Assembly: GCF_018350175.1 (NCBI RefSeq)
Contig: NC_058368.1
Coordinates: 208,136,001 to 208,200,000, forward strand
DNA: 64,000 nt
Origin: Felis catus
Lineage: Eukaryota
Direction of reading: 5' to 3'
Positions within the stretch are counted from its first letter, which is position 1. Every line of letters starts with the position of its first letter. Both the position numbers and the translations under genes were made by a program. Positions 24,901 through 38,482 of this stretch are shown here, one piece after another. The notes under the pieces were generated by a model. The model ran no database searches. It was not told the DNA's origin and was given only the letters and a program-made list of their open reading frames with translations.

Positions 24901-27706
24901 CAGGCACTGTACCTGGTGCCCGAGTGTTTGCACGTGTGAAGGAGTATTGTAGACGTGGAATAGAGGCCTTGGATGGGTTGTTCCTCCACCTGCTGAAAGC
25001 TCCAGGAGGGCAGGCAGGGGTCTGGCTGTTCCCCACCCTCTCCCACCAGCAGGAACAGCTGGCTGTGAATATTTGTTGAAGTAATGAATAATTGGGGAGT
25101 TTCAAAAAAATAATCCTGCCTGATTTTGGCCAAAATACTTAGATTCGGGAGTCTTGAGCTTTCCATCATGGCTGTGGCCCTTGACATTACCAAATCTGTG
25201 ATGTACATCCTCTCAAAGTATTGGTTTGTGTTGGTTGCATTTGATTGCTTTTCCATGAAATTGAAGTGTGAGGGCTTAAAAACATACCTAATTTTCCAGG
25301 ACATTGTAGTGACTTGTGAGTAATTTAGTCAGAAGTTTCACCTGTGATATCAGTAGATTTGCTATTTGCTTGAGCATAACATTTTCAAAGATGCCTTTTT
25401 TTGGGTTTTGTTTACTGAATGGATGAATTCCTTTGAGCAGATGACAGACTAATGAGCAAATAAAATATATGTACTTTATGCAGGTACTTCTATTCTCACA
25501 GGAAGAATGTGTGCATGTTCTATTTTAGGGAATATCAGGAACTGGGGTATTTCCTCTTCCCAACTTCTAATCAGTTTGTCATTCTAAATACATGTTCCCT
25601 TACATTAATTGAAAGCGTGGGAAATGAGTTTCGTGCCAAGTAATTGTTATAGATGTTTAATAAGAATCTGTTATCTTTCTCTTGACTGTGACTTTTTGGC
25701 TTCTGTGTGACGTTAGGAATTTGGTCATCTCGCAGAGTGAGGGTTTTAAATTTTTTAATTTGCTGTTCGAACTGGTTGATACCAGAACCGAATAAGTTGT
25801 TTCCAGGTTTCTCTTCCAACTTTTTCTCATGAGTTCTGCACAGACACTGTAAAGGATGGATTCTGTGGCTCCTAAAACTTAAGTCAGCTTTGTCCTTGTC
25901 ACTGTCACTGCAGCGAAAGCTCTTTAGCGGTATAGCAGGAGCACGTGAGCATCTGTTTTATATGTAACTCGTTGTGGTCACTTAGCAGCTTAGATGTTTG
26001 AGCTGAAGTACTTTTCCTGCCTCCTTTGTATTTCCTCTGTGAACCACAGAGATGCAGAATTCCAAATCAGACTTCGGTTGTCTGAAATCAGAGCAGATAC
26101 TTTCTCGCCCATCACTGCTGCTCATGTTGCTCACATAAGCAAAGGTTGTGTTTATCAGATGCGGTTTTATGGGTTTTATGTTGGAAGTTGGAGAAGAACT
26201 TCTGGTGGGCGAGCTTTTCATGGAGTTTTGCACAGAGGTGAGAAGAATCTTGGCATTTACCCAATTCTTCTTTTGTGTGGCAGGTACAGAAGACGACTTG
26301 GAATCCTGATAGGTGCCTGGAGTTGAGAATCTCTCTGTGTTATTAAGTGGCAGCATTCTGCACTTAGACCACAAAGAAGTGATGTCACTTCCTGAAAGTG
26401 TGTGTGTGGCCTTTCCCTAGAAGGGGGCTTGGGTTACTGAGGCCCCTTGCTGCGCCTTCCTCTCACTGCTCTCAGAAGCAGCCTTCAAGGAGACTCTGGA
26501 TCTGAGGACAGTGGAAATGGTGGCGGCAGGAACATCTGGTGGAAAATAACAAGTGGCAGAAGTAGTGTTTCCCATTTCTAATATTAGAAATGCTAATGGG
26601 GCAGTGAGTGGTAGACGTTCTGTGGGCAGAATTGTGTGTCTGTTGAGCTGGGGGTGTGGGTGAGCTGGGGAGAAATGAGAATCCGCTACCCGGCCCTGAG
26701 TGCCGCAGCCCTTGAAAGTGCCGCCGTGCCGCCTGAAAGCTGGGGTGCCGGCCGTTCCTGGCCACAAGCTTGGAGACCCACTGCCGTACCAGCGAGGTCC
26801 TGTTTCACATTTCTTGCCTCAGTATTCATAGTGCAGTACAAAAGTGAAGGAGGCAAGAAGGTTTTAGAAACCTCTTCAAAGAAACTGTTAAAGTTGGGAG
26901 CATAAATCTTCATCTAATTGGAAACCTCTCCTGTGTTTATTCCTGGAAGATACCTGGCTCACCAGAGTTTTACCGTGAATGTAAAATTATCTTTTTTGGA
27001 GATCCAGGTTCAGGTTTTGTGGAACTATATAGAGCTTAAAATGCAAAGCACGTATCAGTAATAAGAACTTACACATTCAGACAAAACCGAAGAAAGTATA
27101 GAATTTGAGAGCCACAAGAGGTCGCAGGTCATCTGGTCCACTTCTTAAGTTTACTTGCGAAGAGACCAAGACCAGAGCTGTTGTAATTTGCCCAAGAATC
27201 CAGTGGCTCCAGACTGGGACTGTGGAACCACGATGTGCTGATTCTTCGCTACAGGGCCCTGAGCCTCCCCCCTTAGAACAGCAGCTCCTTGAAGGCAGGG
27301 ACTCCGTGGGGTTCGCCACTGTGTCCTCAACAGACAACATTGCCCAGCCCATAGGCATTCAGATACTTGTTGCCAAATGAGTATCTACAGGATTTTAACA
27401 ACTTCAGAGTGCCCCATTAGCTATAATATAGTACAGTATTTATAAAACTTGAAAGAATATGCAATTTCATGAGTTTCTTGTTAAAAAAATATATCACATT
27501 ACTCTTAAAGCCCCCAATATTAAGCCTCATATTAGCCAGATGGGAAAGTGAAGGTGTGGCGTTTTACTTACTAGCTTGGCACTTTTCTGAGTCTGGCTTC
27601 ACTACATTTTCTAATTGTCATTCTGTAAGCTCTGTCAGCTGGGATCTGATGTCATTAATGTTTTATATTTTGTTTTTGAAGACATGTATTTTAAAATACA
27701 GCATTT

Positions 27707-27930
27707 GGGCACCTGGGTGGCTCCGTCAGTTCAGCGTCTGACTCTTGATTTCGGCTCAGGTCGTGATCTCATGGTTAGGGAGTTTGAGCCCTGCATTGTT
27801 TCCATGCTAATAGCATGGAACCTGCTTGGGAGTCTCTCTCCCACCCTCTCTCTCTGCCCCTCCCCTGCTTGCCCTCTCTCTCTCTCTCTCTCTCTCTTTC
27901 CCTCAAAATAAATAAATTAATTAAATAAGT
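27707..27930 (+). mobile_element. Can-SINE (older subfamily)
   Basis: Head gggcacctgggtggctc, (CT)n tract, AATAAA tail. Confidence 0.9.
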
Positions 27931-28685
27931 TTAAAATACGTCATTTGTTGTCTGAATTGTTTGCTGTTTCTCCACATATGTTTTACCAGTCATTTCACTA
28001 TTTTTAAAACCGAAGGCCATATAGGGATTTGATTGTTTAAAAACAAATCTAGCCAAAGGGACGGGGGAATTGTCACTTTCAAATCCTGCTGGTGGGTGTT
28101 TGAATTGTTACAACTTTCCAGGAGGGCAATTTGGTATTACTCATCGAAAGCCTCAAAAATGTGCCATGTCTCTTAGTCAGGCATTTCCATCACAAGGAAT
28201 TTAAACTAAGGAAAAAAAAAAAAAAAACATGTGTACAGAGACCAATCTGTAGCAATGGTTCTTACCTCCACGCTGCGTGTGGAGACCATATTCCTCAGTA
28301 GCTGTCTTTCCCACACTGGTTCTTAACTTGGTGGGAAGTCCACTTAGTGTGGAGTGTCTCAAAATTGCACGGGGTGCTCTCTGAAGTTTGGGAAAAACAC
28401 ATTTCCAGAATCTGGTGACGTCCCCACAAAGTACACACAAAAAAACAAACAACCTCTAATTTGCAAAATGATTTTTGTAGCTTTGTTTATAGTTCTAAGC
28501 TAGAAACAGTTTAAATGCTCAATAATAGGGATTGGTTAAACAAATTGTGGTATGTACATGTAATGGAAAAAACCCTTTATTCATGAACAGTGAGGTAGGT
28601 AAGGGAGTAATTTATTGATGTGAAAGATATTCAGAATTTGCAAACTGCAGAAGCAGATTGTAAAATGGCGTGTGTAAAAAAAAAA

Positions 28686-28893
28686 TTTTTTTTAATGTTT
28701 GTTTATCTTGAGAGAGAGAGCGCGAGCAAGCAGGGGAGGGGCAGAGTGAGATGAGAGGGAGAGAGAGAGAATCCCAAGCAGGCTTGCACAGCACAGAACC
28801 AGACATGGGGCTCGACCTCAAGAACCTCGAGATCATGACCAGAGCCAAAATCAAGAGTTAGCCGCTTAACTGACTGAGCCACCCTGGCACCGC
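28686..28893 (-). mobile_element. Can-SINE (older subfamily)
   Basis: Reverse SINE body. Confidence 0.9.
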
Positions 28894-29457
28894 ATGCATG
28901 TGTAAATTGATCTAAGTTTTTTGGTGATTTTATTTTGGAGGGCGAATGTGACAGAGCGTCTAGAATACAGAATGTGTATACAGTTTTCTACCTATTATAT
29001 GGGAAAATGTCAGGGAAATTATACACCAAATATTAGGTAGGATTATCTTTGTGTGTTGAAATTACAAGTGACTATTAGTTATTTTTTTTTTATTACTGTT
29101 TTCCTGATTTCCACTATATAAAGCATGTTATATAATTAAGACAATGGGATCAGATGCTATTTCCCATTTACTGGTTGTGTGAACCTGGGCAGGTTCTGTC
29201 TCTCTTTCCTTATCTGTAAAATGGGAATAATAATGTCCAGCTCAAGGTGCCTGAAGTAGCGTTTGATAAGTGTTACCTTGACTTCACCTATCTGATATGA
29301 TTAAGACCAGTATTATATTTCTATTAATATAGAATTTCTAAGCAGAATAATTTGTTTTACAAGTCCCATTGTTGTGAAAAGCATTTCAGGACATTCTGAC
29401 AAAATATTTCATTGCTTTTGGTCGCTGATTTTGTTGAATTTTTATTTAGTTTAAACG

Positions 29458-29656
29458 TTTTTTTTTAAAGTTTATTTATTTAGAGAGAGAGAGAGGGAGA
29501 ACACGCATGGGAGGGACAGAGAGAAAGAATCCCAAACAGGCTCCCCACTGTCAGCGTGGAGCCCTATGTGGGGCTCAAACTCATGAACCATGAGATCATG
29601 ACCTGAGCTGAAATCAAGAGTTGGACGCTTAACTGACTGAGCCACCCAGGCACCCT
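29458..29656 (-). mobile_element. Can-SINE (older subfamily)
   Basis: Reverse SINE body. Confidence 0.9.
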
Positions 29657-31819
29657 GCATTTTTATTTACTTTAAAACTGAAATGCTTTCCATTGCCAAG
29701 AAATTTTATTTTGACTTGAAGGCTTTTTTCCCCTTCTGTTTTTGTCTTTAACAGTAGTAAGTTCTTGAAGGTCAAGGTCTCGTCATCTTTCCTTTTGTAG
29801 AGTCAGAATGAAATGTGATTCACTCCTTCAGTAACTGTTAGGGGCCTTTTTTCCCTGGGCGGTGGGTAGGCATCAGGTACACAGCAGCGCCCAGGACAGA
29901 CATGCCCCATCATTTGCATGACATGGGAGGTGACCAGGACGGTTCAGAGCCAGGAGGCACACTCACACTCAATAAAAGGTCTTCCGCAGCTGACAGACAC
30001 GTAGACCTCATTTCCTCCCCTGCAGTTTTAAAAGAAACTTCGTTGTGATGTTACTTTTCAGTGAAACAAACTGTGCCTCCTGCTTATTCCACAAAGCACC
30101 TGAGGAGCAGACTGGGTTATTGTTGCCTTCACTGACAGTTTACATTACACCTGCTTGAGAATACCCGAGGCTAAAAGTCTCTAAATTGCTGCTGTGTGTC
30201 TTTTGTGAAGGACGGGCCTTTCTGAGCTTACCTTTTATAAAATTACTGTGATGGGTTCCTACTAGTAAATTTAGGACCGAATGGAATACGTGGATCCCAT
30301 TTGAGAAATTCTAGCACATACTCTTACTGAGGGTGAGGACAATAAAGCATGCACTTTAGAGTAATGTTTCTACTTGACAGTGTATAAAACGACATTAATT
30401 TTGTAATTTCCTAATGTAAGGGCAGTTTTTAAGTTGGCAACAGTTGAAATATTCTGATGTAAAGCAGACCCAACAGTCACGGAGGAAGCCTTGGAATTTC
30501 ACAGGTAGTGACCTTGCGTATCATTCCCCTCAGACAGCCTGATAAAAGAACGTGGTCCCCACAAACCTTTTTTCTTGTGTCTACAAAATGCATGGAAGTT
30601 TAAGTCATGCCACAGGTCAGAGGCACCAGCAGAGCCAACATTTTATTCTTCATTTATCTCACGTTTTTCCTGTCTACACCATTGCTTTGCATGGTCCATT
30701 TTACCCCCTCAGCAGTTAGCTTCCCTTTTTTGGTTGAGGAAAGACCACTTTGCAGAAAGAAACACGCTTTATCTCTCTCAGTGAGATGTACTGAGTATGC
30801 ATTGGCGAGTAGGAAGCAGCCAAGCCGTGTTGACATGCGGACGGTAGGCTGTCGGCTAGACATCGAATTTAGCGCACTCGCCCTTTCTCAAACACCAGCT
30901 TCAATAAAATTACAGACGTCTCTGTTTTGGAACTTTTCAGCTCTCTTCCAGATAATCAAAGCTGTGATTGCTGTACTCACACATCCCATGGGCTGTATTT
31001 ATTGCTGGGATCAAAAGCTCAAACACTTGCAGGTGCAGTGAAGGTCACGTACCTTGCTGAGTGCGTCCGATCTGCCTTTTGTCTCCATGCTTTTGGTAGA
31101 CACAGTGAGCGATTCTTCACTTTCTTTTTACTACACGGTAGACAGCAGTGATGATCTAGATGGTAAATGGCAACTGGAAGTTGTCTCAGTTCTGGGGACC
31201 AGTAAGGAGAGACACCAGGGGAGGTTGCTGTGCAACGTGAGCTTCGTTTCGAAGGATGGCCTGGTGTTTGTTCAACACACGAAGAGTGGGACGGACATGC
31301 CGGGCGGAGGGTGCAGCGTGTGCAGTGACCCAGAGGACCACCGAGTCTGGCATGTCTGGGGCAACTTGAGTGCAGGGGCAATGTGTGCAGAGGTGGGATT
31401 GGGAAGTTAAGAAAGCCTCGTGTCCTGCTAAAGTTGGCGCCTTTTCCAGTAGGTCAGGGAGACTGGTGGGAAACTTCAGGCCTGTGAGACCAGCATTTCA
31501 GAAATGTGACCTGGTTGTGCCGTGGAGGGTTTGGGGAGCCAGAGACCAGTGAGGAGCACTGCCGCCAGGCCCGGCCCCTGAAGTCTGTGTTGTCCTAACA
31601 GTGTCCAGGGGGTGGCACACAAGCTCCTCTCGCGCCCGGCCCTCCGTCCCCGTTTTTCAAGCTTCTGATTGAACTCCGCGCAGAAGCATTCCATGCGTTT
31701 AAAGCTCCCAAGCACTGGTCTACTGATGGCTTCTCCTTAAGTTGCTAAATGTTCAAGGGGTTCCCAAGTGTGCGTGGTAGGTGGAGCCCGGAGCGATGAC
31801 GTAGCTGCTTGGGTTAAAC

Positions 31820-32094
31820 ATGTTGGTCAAAGGGTAGGAGCTTTCAGTTCTAAGGTGAGTGGGTTCTGGGGATCTAATGGACAGCAGGGCGAGTGTATTG
31901 TATGCTTAGAGATTGCTGTGAGAACAGATCTTAAGCATGTCCACTCTGCACACACAAAAAAGTGTGAAGCGATGGACGTGTTAAGTTGATTGTGGTGGTC
32001 ATTTCACGGGGTACATGCATATCAACACATCAAGTTGTACACTTGAAAAGTATACAGTTTTGTCAGTTCTACCTCAGTAAAGCTGAGAAAAAAA
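31820..32094 (+). mobile_element. L1MA/MB-type 3' UTR fragment
   Basis: ttctggggatctaatg...gattgtggtggtcatttcac...catcaagttgtacac...cctcagtaaagctg plus A tail. Confidence 0.8.
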
Positions 32095-32169
32095 CAGGGA
32101 GTAGGTACACCTGTGGAGAGATGGGATAAGAAAGTGTGGTGTGAGATTTATATTGAAGCAAGAACTTCT

Positions 32170-32394
32170 TTTTTATTCTTTAATAATTTTTTTATGTTTT
32201 GATTTTTTTTTTTTTTGAGGAGAGAGAGACCACGAGCTGGGGAGGGGCAGAGAGAGGAGGGTGGGGGACAGAGGATCCGAAGCGGGCTCTGCGCTGACAG
32301 CAGAGACCCCGATGGGGAACTAGAACTCATGTACCGTAAGATCATGACCTGAGCCCAAGTCAAGTGCTCAACCGACTGAGCCACCCAGGCACCC
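32170..32394 (-). mobile_element. Can-SINE with 17-bp TSD
   Basis: TSD TTGAAGCAAGAACTTCT at 32153-32169 and 32395-32411. Confidence 0.93.
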
Positions 32395-33729
32395 TTGAAG
32401 CAAGAACTTCTCATAGTTTGAGCAATAATAAAAACAATAATAGTCTCTGTTTCATATTAATGATACCTTGACATTTGATTACCTACCTGTTAATTTTTCA
32501 GACTAAAAGTGAACCCTCCAGTTTTAATGCCACTGGAGGAGAGGATTTTATGCCTTGTGGTAAATGAGGAGGCAAAAGACTTATCCTTATTGTTACTATT
32601 TTGTCAGTTACGTTACATTATTGGCCCATTTCACTGATCAGTCTTTGGTGTTTTTCCCACATGTGGCTGCTAAATTATGTCTCTTCCAACCTGTGTTTGT
32701 TCATTTTCTACATGTGTTGTCATTGTCAGCATCAGCGTCATTTTGGACCTAAAATGATCAATGCTGAATTTATCTTATTGGATTAGTTTGTTGGATTAGT
32801 TTATTAGAATCCTCATTATTACATGCAGTATATTTGCTGTTTTGCCCATTTTTTTCATCCACGGATTTGACGAATGTGATTCCTGTGTCATCATCTAGTT
32901 CGTTAATGACAATGTCAAGAGAAATAGTGTGTCACACCTGTCAGTAAACTTTGTCCAGGGTGACGTCATCCGCTAAGAGGCACCCCTTGAGTAAGGCTGG
33001 GGAACATGGTGAAAGAACCCCCTTCACTCTTTTGCGTACAACCTGTGTCTCTTCATCTCGTTCATAAATACCTTTCAGTAAATATGTTCTGTTTCTGACG
33101 CTTGCTTTCCCAGTTCAGTAGCCTCATCAGGTAAGGGGGTGAGGGGTGGGGGCTGAGTACACTGGCCTAGGGTCCCTTTCCTGACATGTCCTGCAGTCTG
33201 ACCCAGGATCATTGTAAAGCTTCCGTGTCTCTGGTCTGCAGAACCTACTTTCTTGACGGAACGTCTCACAGAACATCCCTTTCCAAAACGGTTTTGCCAG
33301 AAACCAGTTATTTCTGTTGTATTTTTCATTCTCTGTTCCACTCTGTTCAGAAGTTTCAAGTGAATGTGAGGTGCAGTGCTCTGCCCCCACATCTGTACAA
33401 AATGTTGTAGACTGTGGTCTGAAGCTAAAGGTTTTGTTTTAATTCTTTTTCTTTTCCTTTTTTTCTTATGAGAAGCATTCGTATTCTAAAATAATGCTTC
33501 AGATTTTGAGATCTGTAATTAAAGAATACCATAAAGGAAAGAAAAGGACCCAGTGAATTCTTTTGGAGAGGAGAGCTTTGAGATTCCAACCCTAAACAAT
33601 GTTAAGAAACATTCAGGCCCCTTTTGGTCGATATCTGTGCACTGAAATATAAATCTTCAGACCGTTTATATTTTAAGATCATTTCAACAACAAGTCAAGA
33701 ATTTTTTAATGCCAATACATTTTGAAAAC

Positions 33730-34060
33730 AGGTTGTTAACTGGTGCCCTAAGAACTGTACTTGGCCTTCAGATATGTTTCCTTTGGCCCGCATAGTGTTT
33801 TGTAAAGAATTAGTTGCCAGCGTTAAAAATAAGGAGATTTCACGTTACAAAACCAAACCAAACCTGCCTTCCTGTCCCTTTTTTCAAAAAGGGTCAAAAA
33901 GGTCTGTGACTTCCGGGGCCCGTGTTCCCACGTGGCGGTTATGTGGGAGTCCAGCACGAGCTCCAGGCTGCCCGCCACCGCTGTCCGCTCCGCGCTTGTT
34001 CCCTGCAGCCGGCTCCACTCGCCTCGTCCGGCTGGTCCTCGGAGTAGGTTTGAGCTTGCA
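33730..34060. mobile_element. hAT relic (MER102-like)
   Basis: tttggcccgcatagtgtttt...gaattagttgcc...taaaaataaggagatttcac; a related copy appears at about 41060-41300. Confidence 0.55.
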
Positions 34061-34529
34061 CCTGCTGGGTTAGGAGCTAACCAGTTCCGAGTATACTTGG
34101 GAGAACAGCAAGGTGGTAGCAGTCTGCAGTTTTGTTCCCTGAACACAGGCTGTCTGACCTCTGTCTTGAGGTGACAGCCGGAAGTGCCTGGTAAAGCAGG
34201 TGGAATTTCCCCAGGAACAGCACGCAGCTGGGCGGCTGGGCAGGGTGGAGGAGGCCAGCACTCTTCACGCATTCTAGCTCTGCTGGTTCCCGGTGACAAG
34301 CAGCGTGCCCCAGGAATGAAACAACTGTGCATTTCTTAGGACATGGAAAGTAGGGGGGAGTAGGCCTGGGCGGTAGTTGTCTGATTCTAGAGACGTCAGG
34401 GAATTTGTCTGAGGTCACATACCTGCCACCCGGTCAGTGGCGGAATAGGGACTGGAGCCCAGGACTTGTTGCCCTGGTTCAGTGAGTTTTCCACTGCACA
34501 TTTTTCATTTATGTGTAATTGTCTAGAGA

Positions 34530-34730
34530 TGGGGGAATCAGGCCTGGATTCAAATCCACGTTCTGTTCCGGACAACATGTGTGAGTGACCTCAGGCAAGT
34601 GTCAAAACCTGTCTGTGCATCATTTTCCTTGTTATAAAGAAGGGGAGAATAATGATACTGACCTCATAGGGTGCTTACGGGGATTAAATATGATACTGCA
34701 TTTAAAGAACTTAAAGCAATGCCTGCTTGT
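34530..34730 (+). mobile_element. MIR
   Basis: cctggattcaaatcc...gtgacctcaggcaagt...aataatgatactgacctcataggg...gattaaat. Confidence 0.8.
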
Positions 34731-37240
34731 GATAAATAATGTATTAATAATGCATGATACCTGAAAATAACATTTGTACATTCTATATTATCATAGTAGA
34801 CTTAGCTGAAACCAGCATCGCAACCATACAAAACTATTACATAATCATTTTTTTCCTCTTAGAATTTAGAAAGGGCTTTTAGGATGGCTTTACTCCATGT
34901 ATTTTTTTTTTTGAAGCCAACAATTTGAGCCAATTTTATCTTTTTATTCATAATTTTTTTCTGTCGCAGACAGGCGCATTCAAAAGCATACCATACAGCT
35001 TCCTCTTCAGAATGTAAAGAAATAATTGAGTGTCATGAAAATATTTTCAGTTCCTCACCAAAAATGCCATTTGGGTGGATTTGTTCAATTCACTGAATAG
35101 ATCTTGGATATATTGTGCATATAAAACCCTTTCAGATGCAGGAGTGTTATAAAGATAAATCTCTGTTCCTTAGGGAGCTCATAATTAATGGGAAGAGAGG
35201 GTTGGAGGAAGGGAAAGCGTAACCTCCGTTAATACCTGGTATGATACAACAAATGCCCGAGGTGGAACTTGTGCAGGGTGCACTGGGAACATTAAGTGAT
35301 GCCAGCATCTGGGCGTGATGGCCTGCGAGAGATCCAGGAGGCAAGGACGCCCAAGGACAGGGAGTTGAGAAGGAGGATCAGCTTGTGGGGCCGAAGTTTG
35401 AATTTGAGTTTGGACGTACAGCCTGAGCAGTTGGTTGGGCCGCCTCCTGACTGTTGGCCTGAAGCTTGAAGGGACAGTGAGGGCTAGAGATGGAGAAGCT
35501 GATGGAAGCCAGGTGAGTCATCGCCGAAGCCAGAGGCCACGAGGTGGATTAAGCTGTGATTAAAGTACATGTGACGGCGATGCTGCTGAGGGCCCGCCAG
35601 AGCAGTGGCCTTGGAGAGAGGGGGAAAGGGTTGGGGGGGAGAGGTGGAGCCACGTGTAGGAGGTAAAACTGGTGAGTAGGTGGACGAGGTGGGGAAGAAG
35701 GTGGGGTTAAGGGTGACTCTCGCTTGGGTGACCCAGGAGAGACTGGTGCCACGAACAAGACCTGGGGCGCAAGAGAGTAGGTTGGGAAGGGAAACTGAGT
35801 TTAATTTTATACCTGTGGAGTTTTTGAGGGATCTGTGAAATCTCTAAGTGGATATGTCGCGTCAAAATATTTGTCATTCTTGAAGGACCTCGTTTGAGTG
35901 GATTTGTGTAGATAAACAAGAAGTTGCCTAGTGGACAGATGGTTCATCTATGGCTGGGAAGAGACCAGTCCTAGAAATACGGATTTGGACATCATTAGTT
36001 GTGAACGATGATTAAAGCCACCGAATAGATGATGCTATTCAGTGAAGATGCACAGGGTGAAAGAACGGTGGGCTAAGGGAGTCCCTTCCCAGCAAGGAAG
36101 TTGAGAAGGAATGCTCTCTTATGGGCGTCTCTAATCAACGGGGGAAGGAATGAATTCTTTAATTAGTGGTGTTAGGGTCAGCGTAACCTTTGGGGGCCAG
36201 GGGAACCTGCGTCCCGACTCCTCTTGTACACCGAAATTAATTTCAAAAGGACCAGTTTCAGATGTTAAAAGCCTTAAATGCACTGGAAGATTAGATGGGT
36301 GACCATTTTTACAACTTCGGCATGAGGAAGTGTTCACGGTCAGAAACCAGAAAGGACAAAATTGGAGAACCTGACTTAATGAAAGTCCAACAAAACCTCA
36401 CTGGAAAGTAAGAAAACAAGCTGGAAATATGTGCAGTGCATGTAGCAGTCCATCTGTATACTGGGCTGTGATGTAAGGCTGTTTCTTATCAAGCAGTGAG
36501 AAAAAGATTAGTGTCTAATTAGAAAAATGGGCAAAAGACAGAATGAGCATTTTATTCATAAAGCATCTCAGATTACCAATAGACATGTGAAAGGTAGTTT
36601 TGACTACATATTCAGGAAATGCCATTTATGGCCTAACAGATGGAAGAGATCAAAATTAAAAAAAAAAATCCTTGATCTTGGTGAGAGTGTGGGGAAGCAG
36701 GTACTGGGGAACGAGCTGTTCCTGTTTGTTTTTGGAAGGTAAGCTTTTATCGTGCTTTTCCCCAGCACGTTGAAGATCCCTTGGCTGATTTTGGACCAAG
36801 AAGGAGTGTTCTTCAGGTTGTTTCTGTACTATAATAATAGAGCGTTTAACTCTTGCGATAGAAGGCAAAAACCAGCTCGCGGGTGTGATAGACATTGTTA
36901 GCATTTATCGAAGGCTGTTGCGTGTCAGCGACTCTGACCGCCCAGCGGAGGTGAGAGGCGAATGTACAGACCGCAGTCGGCAGCGCCATGGAGTGTCTGG
37001 TGGATCCCGAAGCACAGGAGGAGTTGGGGGTGTGGAGCATCCCAAGAGGCAGTGGTTGGAGGGGGGTCCTGAGGCCTGTGGGAATGTGTGGAGCTGGAGG
37101 GTGGTTCCCTGCTGCAGTGGGGGGTGAAGGGGATGGCTCTGAAGGGTTTTGTCTACCAGGCTGGCCAGGAACTTGACGCTGGAATCATGGGGAGTCTTCA
37201 GAGGAGTCTTAGACACCAGAGTGGTGTACTCAAAATTGTC

Positions 37241-37460
37241 TTTTTTTTTTTTTTGAACGTTTATTTATTTTTGAGACAGAGAGAGACAGAGCATGAATGG
37301 AGGAGGGGCAGAGAGAGAGTGGGAGACACAGAATCAGAAGCAGGCTCCAGGCTCTGAGCCATCAGCCCAGAGCCCGACGCGGGGCTTGAACTCACGGACC
37401 GCGAGATCGTGACCTGAGCTGAAGTCGGACGCCTAACTGACTGAGCCACCCAGGCGCCCC
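37241..37460 (-). mobile_element. Can-SINE (SINEC_Fc)
   Basis: Reverse SINE; TSD TCAAAATTGT. Confidence 0.94.
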
Positions 37461-37924
37461 TCAAAATTGTTTTGACACGCTGAAGTTGATAGGGAACAGC
37501 CCCTTGAATTAACAGGGAAGTCCTCACTGGAGTGAAGATCGTCAAAACTGAAGGAGAGGAACGTAAAGATCCTGAAAAACAAAAAGTCAGACCGAGGAAC
37601 ACTTTTGGGGAAACGCTATCCTGCAGAATCCACGAAGACATATTCTTATAGCACAAGTCACATTTCATTATCATTCTCCTGCACGCAGATTCAGATTAGA
37701 GCAGGATAATGGAATCCGGAGGCCGTGGAGATGTCTCTCAGATTCCCAAACATTTCTTGGCTCACAGGGCTCTTGATGTTTCATTGTTTTCATGGTGCCC
37801 CTAAGTCCAAAGAAATGCCTAACAGCTCTTTTTGTGAAGTACTTAGTTCCAGACAACTTAGTATTTATGACCTGACACTTTAGTCGCGGTTTGGAAAAAT
37901 AACGTGTATCAATTTTTAAAACAG

Positions 37925-38010
37925 AGATAATATTTTGATGTTATTCTTTAAAAGCCACATGTGTGAAAGATAATATCTTGATGTTATTCTTCAAAAGCCA
38001 CTTGTGTGAA
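37925..38010. repeat. 43-bp tandem duplication (2 copies, 3 mismatches)
   Basis: AGATAATAT(T/C)TTGATGTTATTCTT(T/C)AAAAGCCAC(A/T)TGTGTGAA at 37925-37967 and 37968-38010. Confidence 0.93.
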
Positions 38011-38206
38011 CCTGTTGGGTACTGCATACCTTCTCAAACCTTGGAAACAGGTCGGGACACTGCCACCCTTGTTTCCATTTGTACGTTGATATCTGGATGG
38101 GTGGTGCTTATATTTTATCACAGCACCCAATGACCCTGTCTTTGCAGGATAAGTGACGTCATTGAGAGGAATGTAGCATCGCCTAGTGTTAAAAGTGACC
38201 TACCTT

Positions 38207-38368
38207 GGGGTGCCTGGGTGGAGCAGTCTGTTAAGCGAAGCATCTGACTTCGGCTCAGGTCATGACCTCAGAGTTCGTGGGTTCAAGCCCCGCGTCGGGC
38301 TCTGTGCTGACAGCTTAGAGCCTGGGGCCTGCTTTGGATTCTGTCTCCCTCTCTCTCTGCCCCTCCCC

Positions 38369-38426
<58 letters not shown>

Positions 38427-38482
38427 GCATGTGCACACTCTCTCTCTCTCTCTCTAAAAAAAAGAAAGAAAGAAAGAAACAG
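38207..38482 (+). mobile_element. Can-SINE with an internal (TG)n expansion
   Basis: SINE head and body with (GT)~27 at 38372-38425 before the CT tract and A tail. Confidence 0.92.

Noticed and set aside
24693..25304. 203-aa minus-strand ORF
   Set aside because: Overlaps an L2 relic in intron 1; no recognisable homology or splice structure.
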